Shown here: positions 1-12,343 of the stretch, one piece after another
Position numbering within the stretch: position 1 is the stretch's first letter
Layout: the number at the start of each line of letters is the position of its first letter
Source of the DNA: Bispira polyomma
Lineage: Eukaryota
Assembly: GCA_965649765.1 (NCBI GenBank)
Contig: OZ287752.1
Coordinates: forward strand, 24,242,001 to 24,306,000
Reading direction: 5' to 3'
Length of the DNA stretch: 64,000 nucleotides
The notes under the pieces: generated by a model
Told to the model about the DNA's origin: nothing
Database searches by the model: none
Seen by the model: only the letters and a program-made list of their open reading frames with translations
Translations under genes and position numbers: made by a program

Positions 1-165
1 TACATCGCCATATACAATCCAAAGTCCATGTTCCGTAGGCTTGTATTTGTTGGTTTGAAACATTGTGATTGAAGGCCAATGTTGCCCCGGACGACCTAAA
101 TGAGTGGAACGTTAAATGGTTTGGATCCAGATCAAGGTGTAGCAGTAGTTTCCAGAAATGGGTGG
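1..165 (-). mobile_element. Tyrosine recombinase C-terminal fragment of a DIRS/Ngaro-type retrotransposon (N0)
   Basis: Minus-strand translation HLDLDPNHLTFHSFRSSGATLAFNHNVSNQQIQAYGTWTLDCIWR matches the HTFRRSGATxAF...HGxWxSxxVWxY ends of the other YR ORFs in the window. Confidence 0.85.
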
Positions 166-374
166 TTTCCTGTACAAGTTTTAAGGCTTTGACATGGCAC
201 AGTGAAGACTTGCTTGAAGCAGCAATAGTGATGCGTTTTACAGGATCTCTTCAATGATTTTGCAGAGTGGAGGAGAATGATAGATATTATCAATAATAAG
301 AAGGATGCCAACAAGTACAGAGATACATAAACATAGCTATCCATGTATAGGATTGAAGACTCCACACTGAGATT

Positions 375-1260
375 TATTTACTCTTATGCATTTTTAACAC
401 TCTTTATTGATGCTAGGCACAAAAGCAGAACTAGTGAGTCAAACGTGCAATCAATAGACAAAGCAAGGTATCAAGGAAGGATGTGGGGATGTACAGGAGA
501 GAAACTACGGTGGGAAAGCCAGGTTAAAAGATAGGTTTTTTGCTTTTTTCTAAAACCGATAAGTGTGTCTTATGAACTGTGGTCAACTGGAAGACTGTTC
601 CATAAGGGAGCTGTAATGGAGTAATCTCTGGATCCAGCCTTCCTGGAGGTTTAACAGAGAGTCTATTGTCTCTCTTAAGGTCACTGAAAGAGAGAAGGGA
701 AGCGAGGTAGGAGGGTTGTTAAGTGACTACAGCCTTGAATGTGGTAACGTGAATTTTAAACAAAATTCTATGATAAATGGGAAGCCAGTGTAGTTTTTTG
801 AAGGATGGAGTGACATCGGTGCGACTGCCCAGGCAAAAAATCAAGCTGCATAAGTAGTTCTGAATGAACTGGAGCTTTTTAATCTGTGACTTGTTCACTC
901 CAAACAAAAGGGTGTTGTAGTAGTCAAGGCAACTACTTGCAAAGGCATTTGCCACCATAACAGCAGTGTCTAGGGACAGATTGGTTCCGATTTGTTTAAT
1001 ATCATGAATGTGGTAATATCAGGAATGACGGATGTTGGCAATATGAGTGTCAAACAAAAAGACAAAAGAGTCAAAAGTGAGACCAAGGTTTTCGGCATTT
1101 TCAGAAGGTAGTATTTCTTTACCCAGGAGAGAGATGGGAAATAATGAATTTAGGAACTCAGTTATTGTTACCAATGAGAAAAAAATTCAGTTTTGTCAGG
1201 ATTTAATTTTAGTACTTCATCCACAAATGGACAGAGAAAAGGCAGTCCGCAAGTAGATCA
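375..1260 (-). mobile_element. Degenerate L2/CR1-group LINE 3' fragment
   Basis: ORF 719-958 (ANAFASSCLDYYN...LHWLPI..RILFK) is the L2 ORF2 post-RT domain; 3' end matches the 3' UTR of the copy at 12637-13269. Confidence 0.85.
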
Positions 1261-1747
1261 ATATTTTTAAATTATCAATTGCTATAAGTGTAATATATAT
1301 TTTTGTACCATATGTTATTGTTCCCCCAGTGGCTTTTAACTGTGAGCAATAGTCATTAAGAAATTATATTCAAAATAAAATATGAATAACTACTATGAAT
1401 ATTATTTAACATGTATTTATGTTTATTATTTACCAGACCCTTCATACATATACCAAAACGTAAAATCAACATAGAAACTTTACTAATTTCCAAGTTTAAA
1501 GTACTTTATGTACTGGTACACTAAATATACACCTACATTATATATGTTAGCACTTGTATATTTTTAATGGTAGCTTTAATTAGGGTAATGATGTATAAAT
1601 ATAATAAGTAATATGTATACCAGCATGTACAATGTCTCACCCATACTGTTCTCTTATATGTCTTAGGCGCATCAAACAATATATCAACTGTCTTGAATGT
1701 GACCACACTACTAAAACACACACTGGCTTGAAAACATTTAGTGACCA

Positions 1748-1753
1748 GGAAGT
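1748..1753 (+). promoter_or_regulatory. GGAAGT ETS-type motif upstream of gene A leader
   Basis: AGGAAGTAAA conserved 86-108 nt upstream of the ATG in genes A, B, C, D. Confidence 0.4.
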
Positions 1754-1833
1754 AAAGTAATAATATATGCAGTAATATCATACCTGTTATTTAAATGGAG
1801 TATAGAAGTCAGTGTCCAGGGATAATAAATACA

Positions 1834-1888
1834 ATGATTACCAGTATACTAACTGTATTCTTTGGTTTACATTTGTTGGACAAAAAAG
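1834..1888 (+). CDS. Gene A exon 1, signal peptide MITSILTVFFGLHLLDKK
   Basis: 55-nt ATG..G|GT exon homologous to leaders of B, C, D; phase 1 joins V exon. Confidence 0.8.
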
Positions 1889-2232
1889 GTACTTCTTTAT
1901 AACTTATTAATATTTCGATATAAAATCTCCTTATTATATTTTATGCACTCTAATTCTTGTGCAGACTGGGTTAGAATATAAAGTATACAGTAGAAGCATA
2001 AGCTATAGCTAGTGTGTGTGATTTATAATATTTTATAATAAATTAGTATTCATTTTCATTCAAAATAATATATAAACTTTTGTCGTGTTCATTTCGTGTT
2101 TATTTAATATTAATATCTACATGTAATACTATTAGTTTACTAGCATATGTGATTGTGCATTATGTTGTTTGCTTCTGTTACATCTGTACATCCTTGAAAT
2201 GAGAATTTACATGCATATTTTTCTGTCCACAG

Positions 2233-2565
2233 TACTGGGCCAGGACCAAGTTGTGTACACAGAACTCTCATCTACTGCTAACCTTCCGTGTGGTTCTGCA
2301 TCCAGACTCTTCCCAACTGATGCTGTCAGAGTTTACTGGTACAGAGGGGATGATAATACAGACATCTCAGCCAGAATACTGCACCAGCAATTTATTAAAC
2401 CACAAACTATATACTACAATAACCACACCTCTCCTAAATACATGTGTAGTTCTGACAGAGTCCTCAGTATCAGTGATGCAGAGAACAATGATGGGACACA
2501 CTATGTATGTTCTGCATTTGGTGCATCAAGGTCATTCAATTTTCATGTAGAATTGATAACCTTAG
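2233..2565 (+). CDS. Gene A exon 2, V-like Ig domain
   Basis: 333 nt, AG/GT, phase 1-1; LPC...WYR...LSI...DGxxYxC Ig pattern. Confidence 0.9.
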
Positions 2566-3959
2566 GTGAGTTTTCATATATATACATGTATATATACTTA
2601 TATACTGTTTATGTAACCACTATGTTTTATCAAAATGAGGCAGAACAAATAATTTGTAACAAGGATGAATCAATTAAGAAACAATTATGCTGCTTTCTTC
2701 CACAGATGCTTTTATTTATGCATTAGCAGCCCCCTCCCCACATCATCCTTTAGTTATTGTCACACCTTTTGTTACTAATCTCTTTTCAGAAGGTCTGGTG
2801 CCACTTTTTTTAACAACAATGTGTCACTTTACAATATTATGTCACATGACTTATGTAGTAGGTCTTCAGCTTGATAAACAAACCTACAACATATCTCTTA
2901 GGCTGCATTGGTGGTTCCCCTCATTTTAAACTTAAAACTTTTTTACCCTGAAACTGGTGCATATATATTAACTTGTGAAAAATACAGACTTAACCCTATT
3001 CTTTTGCCATCTCGTGTCTTACAGCTGTTACCTCACTTAAAACTTGACTTTACTATTTGCATTTCACGTGACCTCTATATTAACATTCAGTGTACTGTCT
3101 ATAACAAATCCTCCTCAGGAGACTACTAACTCAGTCCACCAAAAATAATTTTGAATCTAATTATCAAAATTGAATACCTCTTTTAATCTCTGCTGTTCTT
3201 TCTGTCTATCATACCACTGGGCAATCACAAAACAGGTACCTTTTCAGTATAGCTTTACTTATATCCACCATAACCATTTAACATTGAATGCAAATGGGAA
3301 TGATGTTTTAAGAAATATTATTTTCAATCCCCTTCCTCACTGCAGCTTACTTATTTTGTTTTTACACGTTTTCGTTTGTGGGTAGATAGCCAAGTTTTCC
3401 TTGGCTCCCAACACTAGGCATTTTAGTTAACGTTCATAGTTTGTCTTATAGGGTTTAGGCAATCTAGAAAATTTTCTGGATGTCCACCGATTGTGTTCTA
3501 AGCATGTTGTTATGTATCAGTGTGTATAGTGGGTGCTGTTATTTTGTGTTGGTGACACGTTTATGTTCAGTTTGTGGACATACCAAATGTGTAACTATTT
3601 AGATTCATGTTAAGTTCATGGTTGATAGTACAAATGACCAAGTTATATTTTAAACCATGTCAGCTCATATGTTGATGGTCTGGAATTGGCATTATAATGT
3701 TAATAACATTTTCTACAGGGTGAATTGGATTGTTCTGTTGAAACTTGCCTGTTATCAGGGGATTACTGTTGCGTCATGTACATCTATTGGGGCTGTCCCA
3801 CTATCCTAATAATAGCTCCTGACTCACAGATTGTCCCAAATATTGTCCCCATTAATTTGGTAATTCTATTGTGCACTGATTCAAGTTATACTTTAACAGC
3901 ACCTGTTACCACTAGGGTGATATTTACCACATTTGTCCTTCTGACTTTGCTTGTGTCCA

Positions 3960-4046
3960 TTGACTACATTGTTGGCTCACTAATTCTGTTGTTGCACTAT
4001 AGAAAATGCCTAGCATCAATAAAGTGCATTAAAAATGTATAATAAT
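3960..4046 (+). mobile_element. L2 3'-end fragment
   Basis: Matches ...GATGCCTAGCATCAATAAAG...TTAAAAAT..ATAATAAT terminus of the 12637-13269 copy. Confidence 0.7.
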
Positions 4047-4110
4047 CAAAATTTATCAACACAGCAAACTTAGATAATGTTAAATTTTCCATTTGTATTA
4101 CTTATTTTAG

Positions 4111-4434
4111 TGTCTCCATCTCAACCAGTACTCAGTGGTTTAGTTATTGAAGAAAACAATCCCACAACAGTTCAATGCACATTACCGTCAGTAAAGCCAG
4201 GTGTGGGCAGTGTGGTGTTTACAGTGACTGTAGATCCAGACTTCAGTGTACAGAGTTCAGACAGTGATTTATCAGATGGATCAGCAGATCCTACAACAGG
4301 GGCCTTGTCTGTAACTTACTCAACACAGATCTCACTGCAGAGAAAACACAATGGACAGCAGGCTCTGTGTGAGGTGGTCTGGAGGGGTGGGGAGAAAACT
4401 GTGACATCAGAGAGGAAAACTGTGTTTGTAAGAT
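4111..4434 (+). CDS. Gene A exon 3, C2-type Ig domain
   Basis: 324 nt, phase 1-1; VQC..KP...HNGQQALCEV, nephrin/CD80-like C2 pattern. Confidence 0.9.
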
Positions 4435-4745
4435 GTAAGTAGAGTACAATTGTAAACATACAATATACAGCAGGCTGTGTGTTAGGTGAAAATGAAGGAA
4501 AACTTTAAAACACAATGGAGAGCAGGCTGTGTGTGATGTCTAAGTGTAGAAATTGTATGAAACACAATGGACAGCCGGTTTTGTGTGAATTGTAAGTGTA
4601 GCATGTGAATAAAAGTACAATAAACAGCAGACTATGTGTGAGGTACTAATACAGTACAAGTAGGAAATACAATGAACAGCAGACTTTGTATGAGATGTAA
4701 GTATAAACTTAGTATCAAATACAATGGACTGCAGACTATCACATG
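4435..4745 (+). repeat. Exon-3-derived ~50-57 bp minisatellite (gene A intron 3)
   Basis: Repeated AAACACAATGGACAGCAGGCTGTGTGTGAG..TAAGT units. Confidence 0.8.
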
Positions 4746-6093
4746 GCTTATGGAGGACTTCAGCCTACTATACCTCGGTATTAGTCTTCAGTGGGCTTGC
4801 ATATCAAGTTATTCTTTTTGTCTGTCATGCCACTGGCCAATCACAAAACGTGCACCTGTTCAGTATAGCTTTACTTATATCCACCATATTTATTTTCACA
4901 TTGAATGCAAACGATGGGGTGGAATTAATGAACGAAGGGGCTAAAGGGCCGAGTACATTAATTTAACCCCACTAGTTTAAATATTTTATTTCTATTCTAA
5001 AATGGTAAAACTTTTATTTGTTCATATAACAGACAATTGTCACCTTAAGTATATAATGTCATAGCCACATTTTATGCCTGATCCTCATACAAATATACTT
5101 GACAACTGAGTTTGAAAACCAAAAGGCATTTAAATTTTTTAAGAAAAAGGACAAATAGGCTAAGACATAATATCAATCCAAATTTAACATTTTCGGAGGA
5201 AAAAAATCAGACGAAACACATTTTGATCCTTTTTTGTATAGTTCCTGTGTTTTCCATCTCGCTTTAGTTCTATACGACACTAATACTACTAAATCTGTTA
5301 GTTCAGTTTCAAAATTAGCCCAACAGTTAAATATGCTAACTTCAGTTTAAATAAATATCCCAACTTTAAATGTGTTTATAAATGGTTATTCTTGTTCCAC
5401 CTTTCTTCCATCACAACCCTGGTCACCCAATCATGACCAAATCAAAATCATTCCCACTTCACACTTTATGTCCCCTTAACTTTCTACCATATTGAAACCC
5501 AAAGACAAAGGGTCAACAACTGATTTTCCCATCACCTCCCCTCTCCACAGCAACATTACATCTTCATACTTTCCTTATTCCTACTCAAGGCATACATGTT
5601 GCATACAACCGCTTTAAAACATTAGGCACGTTTGAGCCTGTTACTGTGTGGGGCCAGGTTCCTTCTCATAAACTACCCCTGGTGTGGCTACCGGGAGGCT
5701 TAGGAGCTCTGTGACGGGGGACATGCACCTGCTGGGCGAATAGGTGTCACAAGTCCTGGATTACAACTTAGCCACTTTTATCTTTTTGGTGAACTTCCAT
5801 TGCAATGGTGCCCTTTGACCTTCACTACATGTGGCCAAAGGTCATGATTTATATTGTTGAAATAAGTGGGTATACCCATGTCATATAATGACAAGTATTA
5901 CATCATCAGGTACTTCGTTCTGATTGTGCATAACTGTATGGATTTATATTAGTCCATTGTGATGACAAATATTGTTCACAACTTCACCTTCAAACATCTT
6001 CCTTCAAACTTTTCCTCACTGGTTCATTGATTGGGAACCGTTCGTGCATCTTACTGGTGTCCGAAATTTCCAACATTTACAAAAATGTGGAAA

Positions 6094-9000
6094 TTACTGG
6101 CACGACCCCTTTAGGGGGCCTGCTGTCTCAGTTCCTAACCCCTTTCCCTTCCTTTGTTAAGGGGACTATTCTTGTTCCCCATTCTGTCCATCCCTCATTA
6201 GCTATGAACCAATCACGATGCACAGGCTTCATGATTTTGTGTTTTTGGCCCCTGCTCAGGCACCATTTTCACCCCAAGTGTACAAGGGTAAACATCAAGT
6301 CAGAAAACATTTTAAAATTTATAATTGTGAACTCATGCTAGCGTTTTTATTGATTTTAGTGTTTATTTGTTTTTAGTTTACGCTCGTTCACACCACTACT
6401 GTATTATTATGGGACGGACTGCTAAGAAGACGTCAGGTAGCGCGCCAGCAAAGACCAAGTCAACCAGAAGGGGTAAAGTATCTGATCCGGTCGTCCGAAA
6501 TCTTAGAGTCCCTCTGTCCGAAGCCAGTAAATCTGATGTTCCTTCTGAGAACGTGATACCGGACAATACTGCCATGATGGCTATAATCCAAAAACTGGAG
6601 TCCGCCAACGCTGAGATACACAGAAGATTGGATCGAGTCGAGACGTCCAGAAATTCCATCCCATTGGGTTCGCCCCATAACCCTCCTCACAACGACACCA
6701 TGGCGGATCTTCGACATCCGGATCTACGTCCACAGCCCTCTGTCGGACTCGCCAGCACTCTCCCCATTCAGGGACAAGCTACACGTCAGATGCAGGCCAG
6801 TAACGACTACACGCGCGACAGCATTGTCCCGAGGGTGGATGTGTTAAGAAGTATTCCAGAAGTCAGTGCTGCCGTCAACTTGCGTCTTGCATCTTATGAC
6901 CAACGTTACCAGCAGGATCTTTCCCAAGGTAAGCCCCCCCCCCCCCCAGGCAGAAATCAGGTTGATTTAATTCTACTGACATTTGCCTTACTGAACCACA
7001 TGCTAGGTGGGCGAATGAAGATTGGGTGGGGGGTACGGCCCGGAAGCGACCACAGTTCGATGAACTCTCCATGCCCCAGTGGGCGGCCGGACAGCTATCT
7101 AACATTGCTCAAGTTTCTGATATTACCACCATGAAATGTATGCTACATCAGATGATCTATGCATTTAGAGACGCCAACGCTCTCCCTTGGCCTACCGTCA
7201 GAACTGCATGGGGACATAGCATGCAGGAATTGGAAGAAGGCAGGCTCGACTGGGCTAACCCCACCCAATGGTCATTAAATAGACTTAGTATTTCTCAGTT
7301 GACCCTTGCGAACGATCATACCACACAACAGGTTTCTCAGAAGCCCAAGGTAATCTGCAAGTACTTTAACTCAGGCTCTTGTAGCCATGTCGGAGATCAC
7401 AACCAGTACAAACATAATTGTGTGCATTGTTTCAAGGTTTTGAACAAAGAAAATAACCACCCGGAGTTCAAGTGCCTTAAAGCCAATTCTGCCAAAACTG
7501 CCTAGGATGGTGGTCGATGATTCAGGACAGACTCTGCCATTAAAAGTTGTGTAATTAATTGTGAAAGTAAAACCAATAGTGTAAGTTCAAATTGCTATGA
7601 CTCTTGTTTGACTTTGATAGTAAATTAGTTAAGACACAAGCTGCACATACAGCCAGACACTTTATGAACATTCTGTTAACAGTCAATGTAATGCCATATA
7701 TGATAATTTATATACTGTTTTGCCTCATTGTGAGAAGGCCTCGACTATGAATACTGCTGGTCTTACAAATTTCGGATTTCATAATGTACTCGAAAATTGG
7801 GGTCATCATGATTCTGGTAATGAGATTCACTCGGTTTTGGCCAACAGTGCCCCCTTATATGTTAATTATTGGAATATGGCCTGCAGTATCTCTGTCTTGG
7901 ATTTCTTATATGTCGATAATGGTGGGCATCACCCTGTTGTATTTTTGGACTTTCCTGACTATACCAGTGTTTCAGGTTTCTATTACCAAAATTGTTATAG
8001 GGACAATATCAGTTATGCTCCCCTAGGGAACATACCTAGCTTTCCTTTTGGCGTGTCTTATGTGTTCCAAGCTAGAATGCTGATTGATTTTAACTTTTTG
8101 CATGTTCAACAACTTAATCAACTTCAAAACAACTCTGCTAAATTAGCTCATGAAAACTACTTAAAAGATGTTAATTTCCTGTGGGTACGGGGATATGATT
8201 ATACCATTTATATGCAGAAAATCATTAATGGCATCATCAAGGCAGATGACGTCATGATTGATAATACTGCCAGTAATGAATGTTTTGTTAATAAGGCTAC
8301 TCAGGCTAGAATCACGTGGCGTTCCGATATTGTCTCCGATGGCTGTGAAGAGCTGTGCAGCTTAGTCATGGCTGATTCGTCTTCTTCAAAAAATAACACT
8401 AAAGAACCGGTTGTTTCTCACAAATCTGTTGGTTTCTTAAGCAAATCTGATACAAAATTTCAGTGTATTGGCCCTGATAAAGATTTTGTGGCTATTAATT
8501 CAATTAATGATATGTGTCTCATTGCTGACACCATAAGATCCACAGGTTTACCTAATTATGCTCAAGCTCGTATTCCCATTAGCTGTGGCTTGAATATCTC
8601 GGCTTGGGAACTTATTACACATAATCATCCTGACCAACTTATTTGTCAGTATTTAAAGTTTGGATTTCCACTATCCTTAAGTAGATCTTTTGAGTTAAAT
8701 CGCACAGATATAACTAATCATCACTCAAGGTTGGTTTTGAAAAATTATGTAGTCTATTAGATGATCTAGGTCTCCCCATGAATCCCAGTAAAATTTCTCC
8801 TCCATCCACTAAGGTTACTTATCTGGGCATCGATGTGGATATATCCGCAGGTACCATAAGTATCACACAAGAAAAAATTGACCAAATACACTTAGAGTGC
8901 ATAGAGGCATGTAGTAAGAACTGGTTATCCCGTACTAGGTTACGGTCCCTCTTAGGTAAGCTCCTTTATATACACAAGTGTGTTAAACCTGCTAGGTGCT

Positions 9001-11556
9001 TTATTAACAGGCTTCTTTCCGTTCTTAGAGCTTCCCCTAACGCCAAGAGGTTTAAGGTCACTGATAATATTAAACATGACCTTGATTGGTTTATTCACTT
9101 CTAACATGCATACAATGGTATTACCTATTTTAACCCTAAGGATATTGATTTCTCACATGAACTTCATCTGGACGCCTGTCTTACAGGTATGGGGGCCCTA
9201 TGGGGCCAGAAAATTTATTTCACACCCATTATTAACATTTTTGGTCAAACATTGGCCATTACACAGTTGGAGATGCTCAATGTTGTCATTTCACTTAGAG
9301 TTTGGGGGGAATCCTGGGCTCACCATAAGGTTACTTTTAATTGCGACAACCTGGCAGTTGTCCTGGTCGTTATGACCGGCAAGACTAGGGACCCATTCTT
9401 AGCTGCGTGTATACGCAATATTTGACTTATTTGCTCTATTCATGATATTACTATAAAAGTTCAACACATTCCAGGCAAGGATAATATATACGCTGACGCG
9501 TTGTCGCGTGTATATTCCACACGTCCTCCTGATCCACAAATTATGTTGGCTCTTAGTAAGCACACACGTAGAGATGTCCCCTTACACTATCATAATTTAG
9601 ATTTTAATATCTGATTACAGGTTCCACACAAGCATCATTGGCTTTGGGGGATGCTGCCATCAGGAGAATTCACACAGCTCTCAGACCTTCCACCACTGCA
9701 GCTTATACTTCGCAGTTTAGAACATTTCTTTCTTTTCTGCATTACGTTAACATGCACCATATCTCTATTCACTCCATTTTGGCCTTTTTGGAGTACTTGG
9801 CCCAGAATGACCTTTCCCCTAAAGTCATTAAAAACTACCTGGCTGCTTTAAGGTTCATGACCCAGAAGTTTAATATCCTCCCAGATATTTTCCATCACAA
9901 TTCCATCTCTCTGTTTATTCGTAGTTTGGTACACAACTCTCATTTCAGGCCCTCCCCCAAAGGGTTATTCTCCATCAAACACTAGTCCCTCATTTCTCAG
10001 GGCTGTTATATATCACAGGACCCCATTCTTTTTAGATCCATCTTTCTTGTGGCCTTTTATGGTTTTTTAAGATTGTCCAATATCGCCCCCCACTCTAGGG
10101 CCAAGTTTGATCCCACCAGACACATTCTTAGACAGGATGTGGTATTTGGTTCCCCTGGGGCCCACTTAATTATTAAGTGGGCTAAGAATATGCAGGATAG
10201 GACCTCCACACATGTTATACAGCTTCCTTCCATCTCTGTCCCTCACCTATGCCCAGTGCAGGCTCTTTCTGCGCTCCTTTCCTCTAGGAACCTATCCCCT
10301 ACTGCTCCATTTTTTGTTGGTTCAAAACCCCCTCATTTTCCTATTGTTGATTCACATGTCAGATCTGCCCTTAGGCAAATTCTACTCCACCTTGGGATTG
10401 ATCCTTCATTCCATGGTTTTCATACCTTTCGCAGGTCTGGCGCTACAGCAGCTTTTAATAATAACGTTTCCCTCCAAAATATTATGGCCCATGGCCTTTG
10501 GCGTAGTTTCGTCGTGTGGTCCTACCTCCAATCCACCTCCCAAGCTGCTTCCATTGTTCCCATTACTTTCTCCTCCATCGTCCCTTCCTCCATTTAGTTG
10601 GGTTTGGGCTCATATTAAAATCTCATTTTATAACATTTTAATATACTTTTACCTACCCTGTACATATATACTAACCTATACAGAATAAAATACCTCAAAC
10701 CTTATCCTGGCTTTCACTTAGCTCTCACCATAACTTCTCTTCCTTTTAACCTTCACCTTTGGGAACTGTTACTAGCACGACCCCTGTAGGGGGCCTGCTG
10801 TCTCAGTTCCTAACCCCTTTCCCTTCCTTTGTTAAGGGGACTATTCTAGTTCCCCATTCTGTCCATCCCTCATTAGCTATGAACCAATCACGATGCACAG
10901 GTTTCATGATTTTGTGTTTTTGGCCCCTGCTCAGGCACCATTTTCACCCCAAGTGTACAAGGGTAAACATCAAGTCAGAAAACATTTTCCACCACCCTCC
11001 CCTCCACCAAGTACTGGGTTCTTGGTCCTATTTTACTTCTTCTTGATCACTATTCCTTTCAAACGGGATCCACAGGACCCCTTAATTGGCAGTTACCTTT
11101 TTAGCGATCAGAGTTACTTTGTGCCGTTCTGGCATTTGTGGTTTCCACACCGTTACAGGGCTTTTGGGCTTAACCTCTGACTGCATACTTAAGGGTTTCA
11201 CCCTCTGCTTCTGTGACCTTATACGTCACTGGTTTTCTTGCTACTTGCCAGGGCCAGTCCCATTGTGGTGTTTTGTATTTTTAGTTGTTTTTTTTTTTTT
11301 TTTTTAATCTATCATCTGTAGTATTTACTTTTCATGTTTATTACTACTCTTATGTCTGCTTTTGTGGGCTTTACTTACTTGTTATCCCATTGTGGGTTCA
11401 TATTAAAATCTCATTTTATAACATTTTAATATACTTTTACCTACCCTGTACATATATACTAACCTGTACAAAATAAAATACCTCAAACCTTATCCTGGCT
11501 TTCACTTAGCTCTCACCATAACTTCTCTTCCTTTTAACCTTCACCTTTGGGAACTG
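6094..11556 (+). mobile_element. Ngaro-like YR retrotransposon N1 with split direct repeats, degenerate
   Basis: A1 6094-6313 = A2 10769-10988 (220 bp); B1 10605-10768 = B2 11393-11556 (164 bp), order A1-ORFs-B1-A2-B2; gag-like 6409-7505, RT/RNase H ~7720-9614 (RT core deleted near 8726), YR 9621-10597 (RxSN, HTFRRSGA, HGLW); no methyltransferase domain after RNase H. Confidence 0.93.
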
Positions 11557-11659
11557 CCAGACCAATTTTTGTATGACTAGGTCCTACCGCACAAATATGG
11601 AACAGTCACTCTTTAGCTACAGTGCTTTATATTCAGTTTAAATATTCCACAAAGAAACA

Positions 11660-12245
11660 TAATCTAATCTAATCTAATCGTACTTTTATAGCGCTTAATC
11701 TTTGTACAACAAATTCTAAGGCGCAACTAACCTAAGCATTAATCAAAAAAATCAGAAATGGGGGACGGATGGTGGTCATAACCAGAGAGACTACCGGGAT
11801 GGTTTCGATGGCTAAGGTGGAAAGGCCTGTTCGAAAAGGTAGGCCTTCAGTTTATTCCTAAAAGAGGAGAACGTTTGAGCCAAGCGAACATGATCAGGCA
11901 GGCTGTTCCATATGAAGGGGCCATCATGAGCAAGGCAATGATTGAAATGTACTTTGGACTTGTGGATGCGAGGGTCGAAAGTGGGAATGTTAAGATATAA
12001 CTTATCAGGGTTACTGCGCCTAGTCCTGACTGAGCATGTATATTTGGATAGATGGGGGCTGAAATAGGTGGGTGATCCAGAATTTAGAAATTTGTATATA
12101 ATTGTTGCAATTTTGAAAGCAACACGATATTTTATTGGGAGCCAGTGGGGTGACTTAAGTACAGGAGTAATATGAGAAAATTTAGAAGTTTTGGCCACGA
12201 TGCGAGCCAATTAGTGTTGAACGTTCTGAAGACGTTTGAGGTCAC
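11660..12245 (-). mobile_element. L2 LINE 3' fragment, second family, (GATTA)n tail
   Basis: ORF 11812-12210 SHITPVLKSPHWLPIKYR...WNSLP...FRNKLKAYLF; tandem tail at 11660-11679. Confidence 0.9.
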
Positions 12246-12343
12246 TACAACATGTTTATGGGTGTTACGCAGTCTTCTATTTTAGAATTATATATAATTG
12301 TATCAATCATGCATTATATATTTCATAAAATCTTCACATATAG

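Noticed and set aside
2225-2240. CACAGTA at V-exon starts resembling a RAG recombination signal heptamer
   Set aside because: It is the CAG splice acceptor; no nonamer at 12/23 spacing seen, and the V exon already includes the G strand so no J joining is needed
6934-6947. Programmed frameshift at C/G homopolymers in YR elements (also ~35826, ~36803, ~61153, ~62810)
   Set aside because: Long homopolymers are prone to slippage and sequencing error and the elements are otherwise decayed; cannot be supported without family consensus
7720-8400. Novel captured domain at the start of the 346-aa N1 ORF
   Set aside because: No motif recognised; the equivalent pre-RT regions of N2 and N4 are also unalignable, so a variable pol N-terminus is simpler
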